A stretch of 47,480 nucleotides of DNA from an uncultured Christensenella sp. (GTDB lineage: Bacteria > Bacillota > Clostridia > Christensenellales > UBA1242): the NCBI GenBank assembly GCA_964554475.1, contig CAZKOT010000005.1, positions 1 through 47,480 on the forward strand, in the 5' to 3' direction. The notes under the pieces were generated by a model. It ran no database searches. It was not told the origin of the DNA and worked only from the letters and a program-made list of their open reading frames with translations. Made by a program: the position numbers and the translations under genes. Every line of letters begins with the position of its first letter. The stretch's first letter is position 1. This document shows, one piece after another, positions 18,768 through 29,265 of the stretch.

Positions 18768-19610
18768 ATGAGTGAAAAATCAATTAAAATAACTAATGAA
18801 AAAAAATCACACGAAGAATTAATTTGGAATCGTGTATTACTTGCACGTCATTCTAAAAGACCAACTGCAAAAACATTATTAAACTATGTTTTTGATGATT
18901 TTATTGAATTGCATGGGGACAGATTTTTTGGCGACGACCAAAGTATTATTGGTGGCGTTGGTTATTTGGAAAATATACCTGTGACAATAATAGCACAAGA
19001 AAAAGGTGAGACTACTGAGGAAAAAATTAAACGAAACTTTGGAATGACTCATCCCGAAGGTTATAAAAAAGCTCTTCGCTTAATGAAACAAGCTGAAAAA
19101 TTTCAACGACCAGTCATACTCATTATTGACACTCCTGGTGCATATCCCGGTATTAGCGCCGAAGAACGTGGGCAAGCAAGCGCTATTGCAGTAAATTTGG
19201 CAGAAATGTCCGATTTGAAAGTTCCGCTTGTTTCTATAATCCTTAGCGAAGGTGGAAGCGGAGGTGCCCTTGCACTTGGCGTTAGTGATGAAGTTTGGAT
19301 GTTTAAAAATGCTATTTATTCAATTTTATCCCCTGAAGGATTTGCTTCCATTCTTTACAAAGATTCATCAATGGCAAAAAAAGCATCAGCAATTATGAAA
19401 CTTACTAGTGATGATTTACTTAATTATAAAATAATTGACCGAATTGTACCCGAGGTAGATGAGGGTTTACACTCAAATAAAGAATACTCTTTTGACATTT
19501 TAAAGAAAGAATTATTTAAAAAAATTAAAAAATTAAAACAAATTGAGTTAGTTCAGTTGCTTGAAAAACGATATAATAAATTTCGCTCAATGGGAACGCT
19601 CAATGGGTGA
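18768..19610 (+). CDS. accA: acetyl-CoA carboxylase carboxyltransferase alpha subunit
   Basis: 280 aa. RPTAKTLLNYVFDDFIELHGDR, IDTPGAYPG and GEGGSGGALA motifs. Confidence 0.92.
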   Translation: MSEKSIKITNEKKSHEELIWNRVLLARHSKRPTAKTLLNYVFDDFIELHGDRFFGDDQSIIGGVGYLENIPVTIIAQEKGETTEEKIKRNFGMTHPEGYKKALRLMKQAEKFQRPVILIIDTPGAYPGISAEERGQASAIAVNLAEMSDLKVPLVSIILSEGGSGGALALGVSDEVWMFKNAIYSILSPEGFASILYKDSSMAKKASAIMKLTSDDLLNYKIIDRIVPEVDEGLHSNKEYSFDILKKELFKKIKKLKQIELVQLLEKRYNKFRSMGTLNG

Positions 19611-19681
19611 TTGTTAATTGTCTTGATTAAAACCAAAAAATATTATTGAAATAAAATAAATCGCATAATTTGTGAGGAAAA

Positions 19682-20632
19682 ATGAATAAAAACATTAACA
19701 ATGTTAAAATTGTTGCAACAGGCAGTTACGTTCCATCAAAATGTTTACCTAATGAATATTTTGAAAAAATTATTGATACAACAGATAATTGGATATACAC
19801 TCGTACTGGAATCAAAAATAGACATGTTGTTGAAAATATTGAAATTGAGGATACTTCAGATTTGGCTTACAAATCTGCTTTAGATGCAATAAATAAGGCA
19901 AATTATGATTTAAACAAAATTGATTTAATTATCACGGCAACAATGACACCGGATTACAAATCTCCTTCGGTTTCAAATCTAGTGCAAGCAAAACTTGGAA
20001 TCAGTAAAAAAAATATTACATGCTTTGATATTAATGCTGCATGTACAGGATTTATTTATGCTTTAAATGTTGCCTCGCAAATGCTTAATAGTGGAAATTA
20101 TAATCACGCATTAGTAATTGGGGCAGAGGTTCTTTCAAAGGTTATTGATTATACTGATAGAAACACTTGTATTCTTTTTGGTGATGGAGCGGGCTCTGTT
20201 ATACTTGAAAATACTGAAGAAAAAAAGCCATCTTACTTTTACACAGTTAGCGAAGGTGAACTTGAAAAAACGTTATACATAGACAAATATATACATATGA
20301 ATGGCAAAAAAGTTTATCAATTTGCTACTAATGCAATTGAAAAAGCAATTAAAAAATCTTTAGCAGATACAAAGTTAACTATAAATGATTTTAAAAAAAT
20401 TATTCCACATCAAGCAAATGTTAAAATTATTCAAAGTGTTGCAAAAAGTTTAAGAATTGACATTGAAAAATTTTTTCTCAATATTGAGAATTATGGCAAC
20501 ACCTCAGCTGCAAGTATTGCAATTGCTTTAGATGAATACTATTGCACAAATGATTTAAAAAAAGATGAAAAAATTTTACTGCTAGGTTTTGGAAGTGGTT
20601 TTACTTACGGCTCGGCAATATTGACAATATAA
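19682..20632 (+). CDS. fabH: 3-oxoacyl-ACP synthase III
   Basis: 316 aa. Active-site NAACTGFIYAL, HQAN and GNTSAAS motifs. Confidence 0.92.
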   Translation: MNKNINNVKIVATGSYVPSKCLPNEYFEKIIDTTDNWIYTRTGIKNRHVVENIEIEDTSDLAYKSALDAINKANYDLNKIDLIITATMTPDYKSPSVSNLVQAKLGISKKNITCFDINAACTGFIYALNVASQMLNSGNYNHALVIGAEVLSKVIDYTDRNTCILFGDGAGSVILENTEEKKPSYFYTVSEGELEKTLYIDKYIHMNGKKVYQFATNAIEKAIKKSLADTKLTINDFKKIIPHQANVKIIQSVAKSLRIDIEKFFLNIENYGNTSAASIAIALDEYYCTNDLKKDEKILLLGFGSGFTYGSAILTI

Positions 20633-20786
20633 CTTAAAGTTATTTCAAATGCTTTGTATTTTGAGATTTGGAGAAAAAATTTTTTATTATTCGCAATTTA
20701 ATTTTTGAGGCACCTTTGCTTCACGAAAATAAAAACATTAAATTATGTATTGCCAAAACAATTTGGTAAAAATAAAGGAGAAAAAA

Positions 20787-21719
20787 ATGAAAAATATCAA
20801 TGAGCTTCTAGGAACAAAATATCCAATTATTCAAGGGGGCATGGCAAACATTGCAACAGCAGTTTTAGCATCCGCTGTTTCAAATGCGGGCGGGCTGGGT
20901 CTAATTGGTGCAGGTGGGAATGATGCTGAATGGGTTCGAACAGAAATCCGCAAATGTAAAGAACTTACAAAAAAACATTTTGGAGTTAATATAATGCTTA
21001 TGTCACCTCATGCTGCAGAAGTTGCAAAAGTGGTAATAGAAGAAAAAGTTAAAGTTGTTACTACTGGTGCAGGTAATCCAGGTCCTTTCATTAAAGCATG
21101 GAAAGATGCAGGGATTATTGTAATTCCCGTAATTCCTAGTGTAGCATTTGCAAAAAAAATGGAAAAAGCGGGTGCAGATGCTGTCGTTGCAGAAGGAACT
21201 GAATCGGGTGGACATGTTGGAGAAACTACCACAATGGTTCTTGTTCCGCAAGTTGCTGATGCAGTTAGTATACCTGTTATTGCTGCCGGAGGAATTGCTG
21301 ACAAACGTCAAGTGCTTGCCGCTTTTGCTTTGGGAGCGAAAGGTATTCAAGTCGGGACAGTGCTTCTTGCAAGTGATGAATGTCCTGTCCATCAAAATTA
21401 TAAAACAAAAATAATTGAGGCTAATGATACTGCCACGGTTGTTACTGGAAGAGAAAGAAATTTGCCCGTTCGGGTTTTAAAAAATCAAATGTCACGTGAA
21501 TATCTAGAACTTGCGAAAAATATCGAAAATAAAGAAGAACTTGAAAAACTCACTTTAGGTTCGCTTCGTAGAGCAGTTTTTGATGGAGATATTGAAAGAG
21601 GTTCTTTTATGGCTGGACAGGTTGCGGGAATGGTTACGCAAATCAGACCTATTTCACAAATATTTAAAGATATGTTTGATGGAGTAATGGAATACAAAAA
21701 CAAATTGGAAGTGCTATAA
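20787..21719 (+). CDS. fabK: enoyl-ACP reductase II (FMN-dependent, FabK type)
   Basis: YPIIQGGMA... and EGTESGGHVG nitronate-monooxygenase-fold motifs, in fab cluster context. ATG 20787 follows AAAGGAGA (track ORF starts 20745). Confidence 0.85.
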   Translation: MKNINELLGTKYPIIQGGMANIATAVLASAVSNAGGLGLIGAGGNDAEWVRTEIRKCKELTKKHFGVNIMLMSPHAAEVAKVVIEEKVKVVTTGAGNPGPFIKAWKDAGIIVIPVIPSVAFAKKMEKAGADAVVAEGTESGGHVGETTTMVLVPQVADAVSIPVIAAGGIADKRQVLAAFALGAKGIQVGTVLLASDECPVHQNYKTKIIEANDTATVVTGRERNLPVRVLKNQMSREYLELAKNIENKEELEKLTLGSLRRAVFDGDIERGSFMAGQVAGMVTQIRPISQIFKDMFDGVMEYKNKLEVL

Positions 21720-21720
21720 T

Positions 21721-22641
21721 ATGAATAAAGTTGGTGTTCTTTTTGCTGGGCAAGGTTCACAATATATTGGAATGGGGCAAGATTTTTATAATGAATTTGA
21801 TTATGTTAGAGAAATTTACAAAAAAGCAAATTCAATTTTAGGTTATGAAATTGAAAGTATTTGCTTTAAAGAAAATGATATGTTAAATCAAACAATTTTT
21901 ACTCAACCCTCTATCCTTACTACTTCAATTGGTATTTACACGGCATTTTTAAAAGAATTAAACATAAAACCAAATATTGTTGAAGGATTTAGTTTGGGAG
22001 AGTATTCCGCCTTGTTTGCTGCAAGAGTGTTTGATTTTGAAACAATTATTAAGCTTGTAAAATATCGTGCGAAATTAATGAATGAAGCAGCAGAACAAAA
22101 TAAGGGTGCTATGGCAGCAATTATTGGATTAGAAAAAAATATCCTTGAAAAATTATGCCAAAATGAAAGTGAATTTGTTCACATTGCAAATTATAACTGT
22201 TCCACTCAATTTGTTGTTTCTGGAACAGAAAATGCAGTAAAAAATATTTGCGAAAAAGCAAAAGCAGTGAGTGCAAGACGAGCAATAATATTAAATGTAA
22301 GTGGTGCTTTTCATTCTCCATTAATGAGTGGCGCGGCAAAAAAAATGCTTGAAGTGCTTCAAAAAACAAAATTTTCAAAACCTTCAATTCCTATCGTAAT
22401 GAACTGTAATGCACAATATTTAAATGAAAAAGATTTGTTTATTGTTATGAAAAAACAAATTGAAAGTAGCGTTTACTTTGAGGACAGTGTTAAACTAATG
22501 ATTAAGGATGGTGTGGATACTTTTATTGAAATAGGTCCCGGAAATGTGTTAACGGCATTAGTTAAAAAAATTGACCCTAATATGAAAGTAATTACCATTA
22601 ATAAATTAAGTGATTTAAATAATTTAAAAGGAGAAATTTAG
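21721..22641 (+). CDS. fabD: malonyl CoA-ACP transacylase
   Basis: 306 aa. GQGSQYIGMG and GFSLGEYSAL active-site motifs. Confidence 0.92.
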   Translation: MNKVGVLFAGQGSQYIGMGQDFYNEFDYVREIYKKANSILGYEIESICFKENDMLNQTIFTQPSILTTSIGIYTAFLKELNIKPNIVEGFSLGEYSALFAARVFDFETIIKLVKYRAKLMNEAAEQNKGAMAAIIGLEKNILEKLCQNESEFVHIANYNCSTQFVVSGTENAVKNICEKAKAVSARRAIILNVSGAFHSPLMSGAAKKMLEVLQKTKFSKPSIPIVMNCNAQYLNEKDLFIVMKKQIESSVYFEDSVKLMIKDGVDTFIEIGPGNVLTALVKKIDPNMKVITINKLSDLNNLKGEI

Positions 22642-23388
22642 ATGAATTTAAAAGATAAAGTTGCGTTAGTTACAGGAGGGGCAACTGGAATTGGCAAGCA
22701 AATTAGTTTGCAACTTGCAAATGCAGGTGCTACGATTATAGTTAATTATAATTTAAGTGATGTTGATGCAAAAAGTTTAGTTAAAGAAATAAATAATAAC
22801 GGAGGACGTGCGGAATGTATTCAAAGTAATGTTTCTTCATTTCAAGATTGTGAAAAATTGATAAACAATATTGTTGAAAAATACGGTAAAATTGATATTC
22901 TAGTTAATAACGCAGGTATTACTGCTGACACTCTTATTTTACGTATGACTGAAGAAGAGTTTGACAGAGTTATTAAAGTCAATTTAAAAGGAACTTGGAG
23001 TTGTTGTAAACACGCAATAAAACATATGGTTAAGCAGCGTAGTGGTAAAATTATTAATATCTCAAGCATATCTGGAATTGTTGGAAATGCAGGACAAACA
23101 AATTACTCTGCATCTAAAGCAGGCATTATTGGATTGACAAAATCACTTGCACGTGAGGTTGCAAAACGAGGAATTTGTGTTAATGCCGTAGCACCTGGTT
23201 TTATTAAAACTAAAATGACAGATGTTTTAAGTAAGGATATTGTTGAAGAATATGTTAAGAGTATTCCTGTTAACAGAATGGGAGAACCAGAAGATGTTGC
23301 AAATCTTGTTGTTTTTTTGGCAAGTGATTTAGCAAATTATATTACAGGACAAGTTGTAAATGTTGACGGCGGTCTTGTAATGAATTAA
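22642..23388 (+). CDS. fabG: 3-oxoacyl-ACP reductase
   Basis: 248 aa SDR. TGGATGIG and YSASKAG motifs. Confidence 0.92.
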   Translation: MNLKDKVALVTGGATGIGKQISLQLANAGATIIVNYNLSDVDAKSLVKEINNNGGRAECIQSNVSSFQDCEKLINNIVEKYGKIDILVNNAGITADTLILRMTEEEFDRVIKVNLKGTWSCCKHAIKHMVKQRSGKIINISSISGIVGNAGQTNYSASKAGIIGLTKSLAREVAKRGICVNAVAPGFIKTKMTDVLSKDIVEEYVKSIPVNRMGEPEDVANLVVFLASDLANYITGQVVNVDGGLVMN

Positions 23389-23431
23389 AATAATTAAATT
23401 AAGATTAACATAAAAAGGAAGGATATTTTAT

Positions 23432-24670
23432 ATGAATAAACGTGTTGTTATTACAGGACTTGGAGCAGTTACCTCGGTCGGTAATAATGCCACAGAAATG
23501 TGGGAGGCAATCAAAAACGGTAAAAATGGAATTGATTTTATAACTCATTGTAATACCGAAAATTTAAAAGTAAAAGTTGCTGGCGAAATTAAAAATTTAG
23601 ATATTGAAAAATATGTCAATCCACGTGATGCACGAAGATTAGACCGAACAATTCTTTTGGGAATTGTGGCCGCAACACAAGCATATGAGGATTCTAAACT
23701 AAAAGATACCGATTATGATCCTTACCGTTTTGGTACATTTGTTACTAGTGGCATTGGCGGAATTGAAACAATAAGCTCCGAAACACGCAAACTATATGAA
23801 AAAGGTCCTAACAGAGTTAGTCCTTTCTTTATACCTAACACCATAATTAATCTCATTGGTGGAAATATTGCAATTAAATTTAAAGCAAAAGGCCCTGCAC
23901 TTCCTGTTGTTACTGCTTGTTCTGCTTCGACAAATTCTATTGGCGAGGCATTTAGATATATTCGTTATGGGCATTGTGATGTTGCTTTTGCAGGAGGTGC
24001 AGAAGCTGCTGTTTGTGAACTCGGTTTAGCGGGCTTTTCAAATATGCATGCATTAAGCGAAACAACTGATATTAACAATGCTTCAATTCCATTTGATAAA
24101 AATAGAAATGGTTTTGTCATTGCGGAAGGTGCAGGGGTTTTGATTTTGGAAGAATATGAACATGCAAAATCTCGTGGTGCTAATATTTATGCCGAAGTTG
24201 TAGGTTACGGAACAACTTGTGATGCATTTCATATTACAACACCTGATGAAAGTGGTGAATCAATTGCAAAGAGTATGGAATTTGCTATGCAAGAAGCAGG
24301 TGTTACTCCATCTCAAATTGATTACATAAATGCTCATGGGACTTCAACTTATTATAATGACAAAATTGAAACTTTGGGCATTAAAAAAGCATTTGGGGAT
24401 TTTGCTAAAAAAGTGAATATTAGTTCAACAAAATCAATGACTGGTCATGCCTTAGGTGCTATTGGTGCTATTGAAGCAATAATATGTGTTAAATCTATGT
24501 TAGATGACATTATTCCACCCACAATTAATTACAAAAATTTTGACGAAGATTGCGACCTTAACATCACACCTAACAAAGCAGTTAAACACAAAATCAATTA
24601 TGCAATGAGTAATAGTGCGGGATTTGGCGGGCAAAATGCAACTATTATTTTAAAAAAATATGTAGACTAA
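23432..24670 (+). CDS. fabF: 3-oxoacyl-ACP synthase II
   Basis: 412 aa. ACSASTNSIG active-site Cys, HGTST and GHALGA motifs. Confidence 0.93.
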   Translation: MNKRVVITGLGAVTSVGNNATEMWEAIKNGKNGIDFITHCNTENLKVKVAGEIKNLDIEKYVNPRDARRLDRTILLGIVAATQAYEDSKLKDTDYDPYRFGTFVTSGIGGIETISSETRKLYEKGPNRVSPFFIPNTIINLIGGNIAIKFKAKGPALPVVTACSASTNSIGEAFRYIRYGHCDVAFAGGAEAAVCELGLAGFSNMHALSETTDINNASIPFDKNRNGFVIAEGAGVLILEEYEHAKSRGANIYAEVVGYGTTCDAFHITTPDESGESIAKSMEFAMQEAGVTPSQIDYINAHGTSTYYNDKIETLGIKKAFGDFAKKVNISSTKSMTGHALGAIGAIEAIICVKSMLDDIIPPTINYKNFDEDCDLNITPNKAVKHKINYAMSNSAGFGGQNATIILKKYVD

Positions 24671-24730
24671 GAATAAATAAAAAAAACTAAACAAGCAATT
24701 AATTATTATAAAATTTAAAGGAGTTTTATT

Positions 24731-25159
24731 ATGATTTTAAACAGTAATCAAATTCAGGAAATTTTGCCCCATCGTTACCCGTTTTTGTTAGTGGATAGAA
24801 TAATTGAGCTTGAGCCTGGAATTAAAGCGACAGGAATTAAATGTGTTTCAGCAAATGAAATGCAATTTATGGGACATTTTCCACAGGCACATTTATTACC
24901 TGGAGTACTTATTATTGAAGCACTTGCTCAAGTAGGTGCAGTGATTATTTTGTCATTGGAAAAATATAAGGGTAAAATTGTTTATTTTGCGGGCATTAAA
25001 TCTGCTAAATTTAAAAGAAAAGTTTTTCCAGGTGATAAACTCACTTTAGAAACTAATTTAGTAAATTTCAGAGGTTCTATTGGTTTTGGAATGGGTAAAG
25101 CATTTGTTGAAGGTGAACTTGCGTGCGAAGTTGAGTTGATTTTTGCTATTGAAAAATAA
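24731..25159 (+). CDS. fabZ: 3-hydroxyacyl-ACP dehydratase
   Basis: 142 aa. LPHRYPFLLVDRI and FMGHFP hot-dog fold motifs. Confidence 0.92.
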   Translation: MILNSNQIQEILPHRYPFLLVDRIIELEPGIKATGIKCVSANEMQFMGHFPQAHLLPGVLIIEALAQVGAVIILSLEKYKGKIVYFAGIKSAKFKRKVFPGDKLTLETNLVNFRGSIGFGMGKAFVEGELACEVELIFAIEK

Positions 25160-25201
25160 AAATTATGATAAGTGTGTTATCACTTGAAGTTATAAGGATA
25201 A

Positions 25202-25741
25202 ATGATGAAAATAGATTTTATGCATAATTACATAGAATTCGAAGAAATTGATTCCACTAATGATTATTTGAAAGCAAATTATAAAAATCTGCCTAATTAC
25301 ACAGTTGTGCGGGCAGATTTTCAATCAAAAGGAAGGGGACAATTTGACAGAACTTGGGAATCTGCCAAAGCACAAAATTTACTCATTTCATTTCTTTTTA
25401 AAAATGAGTTGCCTTCAGCATTAGAAGAAGATATGCATTTGTTTTTTGTTAATGTTATTATTGAAACGTTAAAAAATTACGGAGTGGATGCAAAAATAAA
25501 ATATCCTAATGATGTTTATGTTAAAAATAAAAAATTATCTGGGATTTTAATTGAAAAACAATTTAACAATGATAAACTTGAATATATGGTTGTTGGAATA
25601 GGCGTTAATATAAATCAAGAAAAATTTGAAAATCCAAATGCAATTTCACTTAAAAATGTAATTAAAAAAAATATTGATTTAAAAGAATTTACAAAACAAT
25701 TATTGACAAATATTTCAAAAAAATTAAATATTAGTGGTTAA
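25202..25741 (+). CDS. birA: biotin--[acetyl-CoA-carboxylase] ligase, short form without an N-terminal HTH
   Basis: 179 aa. KGRGQFDRTWES and KYPNDVYVKNKKLSGILIE motifs. Adjacent to acc genes. Confidence 0.75.
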   Translation: MMKIDFMHNYIEFEEIDSTNDYLKANYKNLPNYTVVRADFQSKGRGQFDRTWESAKAQNLLISFLFKNELPSALEEDMHLFFVNVIIETLKNYGVDAKIKYPNDVYVKNKKLSGILIEKQFNNDKLEYMVVGIGVNINQEKFENPNAISLKNVIKKNIDLKEFTKQLLTNISKKLNISG

Positions 25742-25752
25742 TAAAAAAATTT

Positions 25753-26469
25753 TTATTTTTTAATAATTTCATTTTGTTGCTTGAGAAACAGTTTTCGCCA
25801 ATTTATTAATGCTAACATTGCAGTAATTAAATAACATAGTGTCATTGCAATAACACTTAAATTATTTATGTTTTGAAAGCTTAAAATACTATACATTATT
25901 ATTGCAAGAATATTATTTGCAATTAAAAAGTAAAATGCTTCGTAGTATAAATTGCTTATTAAAATAACACCAACAATTAATGCTGAAGAAACAAAAGCAT
26001 CAAGATAAAAAAGATTTGAACCTAATTTCCAAAGAATTATCATTATAACCGGTAATATTGCAACATAAATGGATGAAAAAATCATCCATTGCTTTTTTGA
26101 TAGGGATTTTACATTTTTTCTTACATCTGTTTTTTTGTTTCTTTCCCAATTGATGATTGTTACAGTTGTCATAACAAAATAAAATATTGCAACAGCAAAA
26201 GAAAAATACACTTGCTGAAGATATGTTGTTATTATTAAAATTGTAAATAAGAATAAATTAAAAATAAAACCAATTAAATAATGCTTTGCTCTAAAAATTG
26301 AACCTAAAACACCAAAAAAACTTCCTATATCTGCTATCCAAATAATATTTTCAAATCCATTAATTGAGCGGTTTATAATTATGACGCAAAGCACAAAAAG
26401 AAACAAAATTGTGTAAAGTAAATTATTTTTGGAAAAAGGAATTTTAATCATTTCTTTTAATTTTTTCAT
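25753..26469 (-). CDS. pnuC: PnuC-family nicotinamide riboside (vitamin) transporter
   Basis: 238 aa polytopic protein. Internal two-fold repeat, each half ending in ...INW(E/R)(R/K)... as in PnuC. Confidence 0.55.
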   Translation of the reverse strand: MKKLKEMIKIPFSKNNLLYTILFLFVLCVIIINRSINGFENIIWIADIGSFFGVLGSIFRAKHYLIGFIFNLFLFTILIITTYLQQVYFSFAVAIFYFVMTTVTIINWERNKKTDVRKNVKSLSKKQWMIFSSIYVAILPVIMIILWKLGSNLFYLDAFVSSALIVGVILISNLYYEAFYFLIANNILAIIMYSILSFQNINNLSVIAMTLCYLITAMLALINWRKLFLKQQNEIIKK

Positions 26470-26721
26470 ATATAAAAATTTACCATAAATTTAATTTTTT
26501 TGCAAACGAAATAAAATTGATGATTTAAAAAAAATGTGATAAAATTCCAATCGTTGGTATGTATACCTATTCTTTGTTGACCAAATCAATAGAATATTAT
26601 TTGAACCTTTTATTTTAAATTTGAAATTTTTTTTAAAAATTTTATAATTTTTTCTCATTTGAATTTATTTGTTTAATTTACTTACAATATGTTATATTTA
26701 AATTGATAAATAAGTTATAGG

Positions 26722-29139
26722 ATGCTAATGAAAAAAAGAAATTTTAAACTAATATTTATTTCGATTTTTACCTTGTTTTTAGGCATTACATCTTTGCCTT
26801 TTCTTTCTTTTAAAAAAAATCAAGTAGAAGCAAGAATTATTCCACCCGAAGCAATTGAAATTAACACAATTGAAAAACTTCAAAACATAGGAAATCTTTC
26901 CTATGTTGACCCAGATTATCCAGAAAATCAATATTCTTTAGATGCAAATTATGTTTTAACTTCAGACTTAGATTTTCGCACTGTTGATGAAATAGAAGGT
27001 GAAATTTTTGAAGAGTGGACACCGATTGGAATTAAATATGAAGGCGGGAGTGTTGTTTACGCTCCATTCACGGGAAAATTTTATGGTAATGGTTACAAAA
27101 TTAGTAATATGAGACTTGCGAACAAAATCTTTTCTTATTATGAATGTGGATTGTTTGGTTCGCTTTCGGGTGCTGAAATTTATGATTTGGCACTTGTGGA
27201 TTATGCGGTTTTTCTTACAAATATTTTAGCAGACATCATTAACAATAAAAATACTCTTTACATTGGTGGAATTGCCGGAAGAGTTTTAGATAGTGGTACA
27301 GAATTAAGCATTATTCAAAATTGTTTTGTTAGTTACAAAAAACCAACTACTTCCCCAGCAACAGTTTATAATAGTGTTTCGGGTAATCTTTCTTTAAATT
27401 TCGGTGGTATTGTGGGAGACTTTCAAAACGGAAGTATTATTTCTGATTCCTATAGTGATGTTTCAATGATTTTAAATATGCAAGGTGGGCAAGGAACCGG
27501 AATTACATTTGGTGGAATTTGTGGCTCGTTAATTTCATCAAGTATTTTCACCTCTCATTCAAAAGCTACAATTATTTCGTCTAGTTCGGGAGGAATCTCT
27601 GCAAGTGCAAAAACAAATGGTGGTGGCATTGCCGGTTATGTTAGTGGTGCTAACAGCAAAATTATAACCACTTATTTTAGTGGAAAACTTGAAGCTACAT
27701 CTGAAAACAGTTTAATTTCAATAGGAGGGATAATAGGTACAATAACACAATCCATGGGAATTACACCCGTAAATGGTAATCTCAATTATGCTCATTTTTA
27801 TGCAACAACAAATGATGATGTTCTTCTCACACAAGCAATTGGTGAAGCGTATTATTATTCAATTATTGATTTAGTTCTAAATAGTTTAACTCAAGATAAT
27901 TATGCGCTTTTTGATAGGAATACGGAGGATTATTTTTCTTTTTGGTCAGAAGATTATGACAAAATTTGGAATTTTGATAGTATTTGGTCATTCCATGCAG
28001 ATAGTTTACCCACGCTTCAAGTTTTTAAAGTTTATACAGTTAATTTAAATGAAAATACAACATTAATTGGTGAAAATTCAATTAAAATTTCTAGTCTACG
28101 TTTTGCTTTAGAAGAAACTATTGAACCTCCAATTTTATCAAAAAATTTTAGATATAACTCTCTTGTTGAAATTGTAATTACAATATTATCAGATAATCCT
28201 TTAACTGAAGATATTATTGAACCTGATTATAATAATTTTTATGAATTAGATTCTGTTAACATTGATTCACATTCAGTAATAGACAATCCTCTTTACACAA
28301 TAATAAATAACGAAACCGAGGAGGGTGAGAATAAAGGTGTTTGGACTTTTTCATATTACATTAATGACCAAACTTTGGGTAATGTTTCAATCAGTTTGCG
28401 AAAAATTCCTTTTGACATTACAGTTAAAACAGACAATCCTGAAATGGGAAAAGTTCAAAAGCAATATTCTTCAGTTGTTAATGAGTTTACCGAATCAGTA
28501 AAGGATTCAGTGGGATATCATTTTATCGCATCTCCAATTAATAATAATATTGCATTTTCTCATTGGGTTTTTGAATTTCCTCCTGAAGAAGAAGGGGGAG
28601 AATTTCAAATTGTTCCACTTGAGAGTGAGTTAAAAAATCTTGCTCAATTCGCTTTTACTTTTGGATTAAGTGGAAATGAGGAAATAACACAAGGCATATT
28701 AAATGGTGGTAAGTTAGTTGCAGTTTTTACAAGTAATATTTGTAAAATCGAATTTACTATGAGATTAACCGGTGGTGGTTCTACAAATGAGGCGGGAACA
28801 ATTAGTTACACAATCGGGGGTGAAAATGTTCCATTAGGAGAACAAATTGCTTTTGTTAAAGGAAAATCTATTACTCTTGTTGTATCACCGGAAGAAGGTT
28901 TTATTTTTGAGGGTTGGTTTGATGAGGAAAATAGATTTTTGTCAAGTCAAACTACTTATATTTTTACTCCGGAAAGTGATACTATGTCTGTTGTTGCAAG
29001 ATTTTCAGGCGGAGCAACTGAATCAAATTTACTATGGTTGTGGATTGTTTTAAGTGTTTTGGGTGCAGGCGGAATCGGAGTTGCAATTTTCTTTATTATT
29101 CGTTCAAAAAAGGATTCGGCATATAAAAATTTTTATTAA
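26722..29139 (+). CDS. large surface protein: signal peptide, GLUG-motif region, Listeria-Bacteroides (InlB B-repeat)-like module, C-terminal TM anchor
   Basis: 805 aa. Repeated GGI(A/V/C/I)G motifs (CGLFGS, IGGIAGR, FGGIVGD, FGGICGS, GGGIAGY, IGGIIGT). EGFIFEGWFDEE near the C-terminus. LWLWIVLSVLGAGGIGVAIFFIIRSKK anchor, no LPXTG. Confidence 0.7.
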   Translation: MLMKKRNFKLIFISIFTLFLGITSLPFLSFKKNQVEARIIPPEAIEINTIEKLQNIGNLSYVDPDYPENQYSLDANYVLTSDLDFRTVDEIEGEIFEEWTPIGIKYEGGSVVYAPFTGKFYGNGYKISNMRLANKIFSYYECGLFGSLSGAEIYDLALVDYAVFLTNILADIINNKNTLYIGGIAGRVLDSGTELSIIQNCFVSYKKPTTSPATVYNSVSGNLSLNFGGIVGDFQNGSIISDSYSDVSMILNMQGGQGTGITFGGICGSLISSSIFTSHSKATIISSSSGGISASAKTNGGGIAGYVSGANSKIITTYFSGKLEATSENSLISIGGIIGTITQSMGITPVNGNLNYAHFYATTNDDVLLTQAIGEAYYYSIIDLVLNSLTQDNYALFDRNTEDYFSFWSEDYDKIWNFDSIWSFHADSLPTLQVFKVYTVNLNENTTLIGENSIKISSLRFALEETIEPPILSKNFRYNSLVEIVITILSDNPLTEDIIEPDYNNFYELDSVNIDSHSVIDNPLYTIINNETEEGENKGVWTFSYYINDQTLGNVSISLRKIPFDITVKTDNPEMGKVQKQYSSVVNEFTESVKDSVGYHFIASPINNNIAFSHWVFEFPPEEEGGEFQIVPLESELKNLAQFAFTFGLSGNEEITQGILNGGKLVAVFTSNICKIEFTMRLTGGGSTNEAGTISYTIGGENVPLGEQIAFVKGKSITLVVSPEEGFIFEGWFDEENRFLSSQTTYIFTPESDTMSVVARFSGGATESNLLWLWIVLSVLGAGGIGVAIFFIIRSKKDSAYKNFY

Positions 29140-29210
29140 TTAATTTGGCATATCAATATTGCATATTAAAAAAAAGTGATTTAAAATGACATTGCTTTAA
29201 AATTAAATAA

Positions 29211-29250
29211 TTGCTGATAGAATTTAAGTTCTATTAGCAATTTTTATATT
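29211..29250 (+). terminator. Rho-independent terminator after the surface protein gene
   Basis: ttgctgatagaa (29211-29222) / ttctattagcaa (29229-29240) plus T-run. Confidence 0.7.
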
Positions 29251-29265
29251 TTTATTGAGGTTTAA

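Noticed and set aside
25160-25201. Palindrome tgataagtgtgttatca upstream of birA, as a possible bio operator.
   Set aside because: The BirA encoded here lacks the N-terminal HTH domain needed for operator binding. More likely it is a small stem at the end of the fabZ transcript.
15601-25741. Fatty-acid synthesis cluster as a candidate novel system.
   Set aside because: The gene content and order (acpP, accBCDA, fabH, K, D, G, F, Z, birA) are a standard Bacillota type II FAS set with canonical motifs. The only mild oddity is the absence of a FapR/FabT-type regulator in the window.
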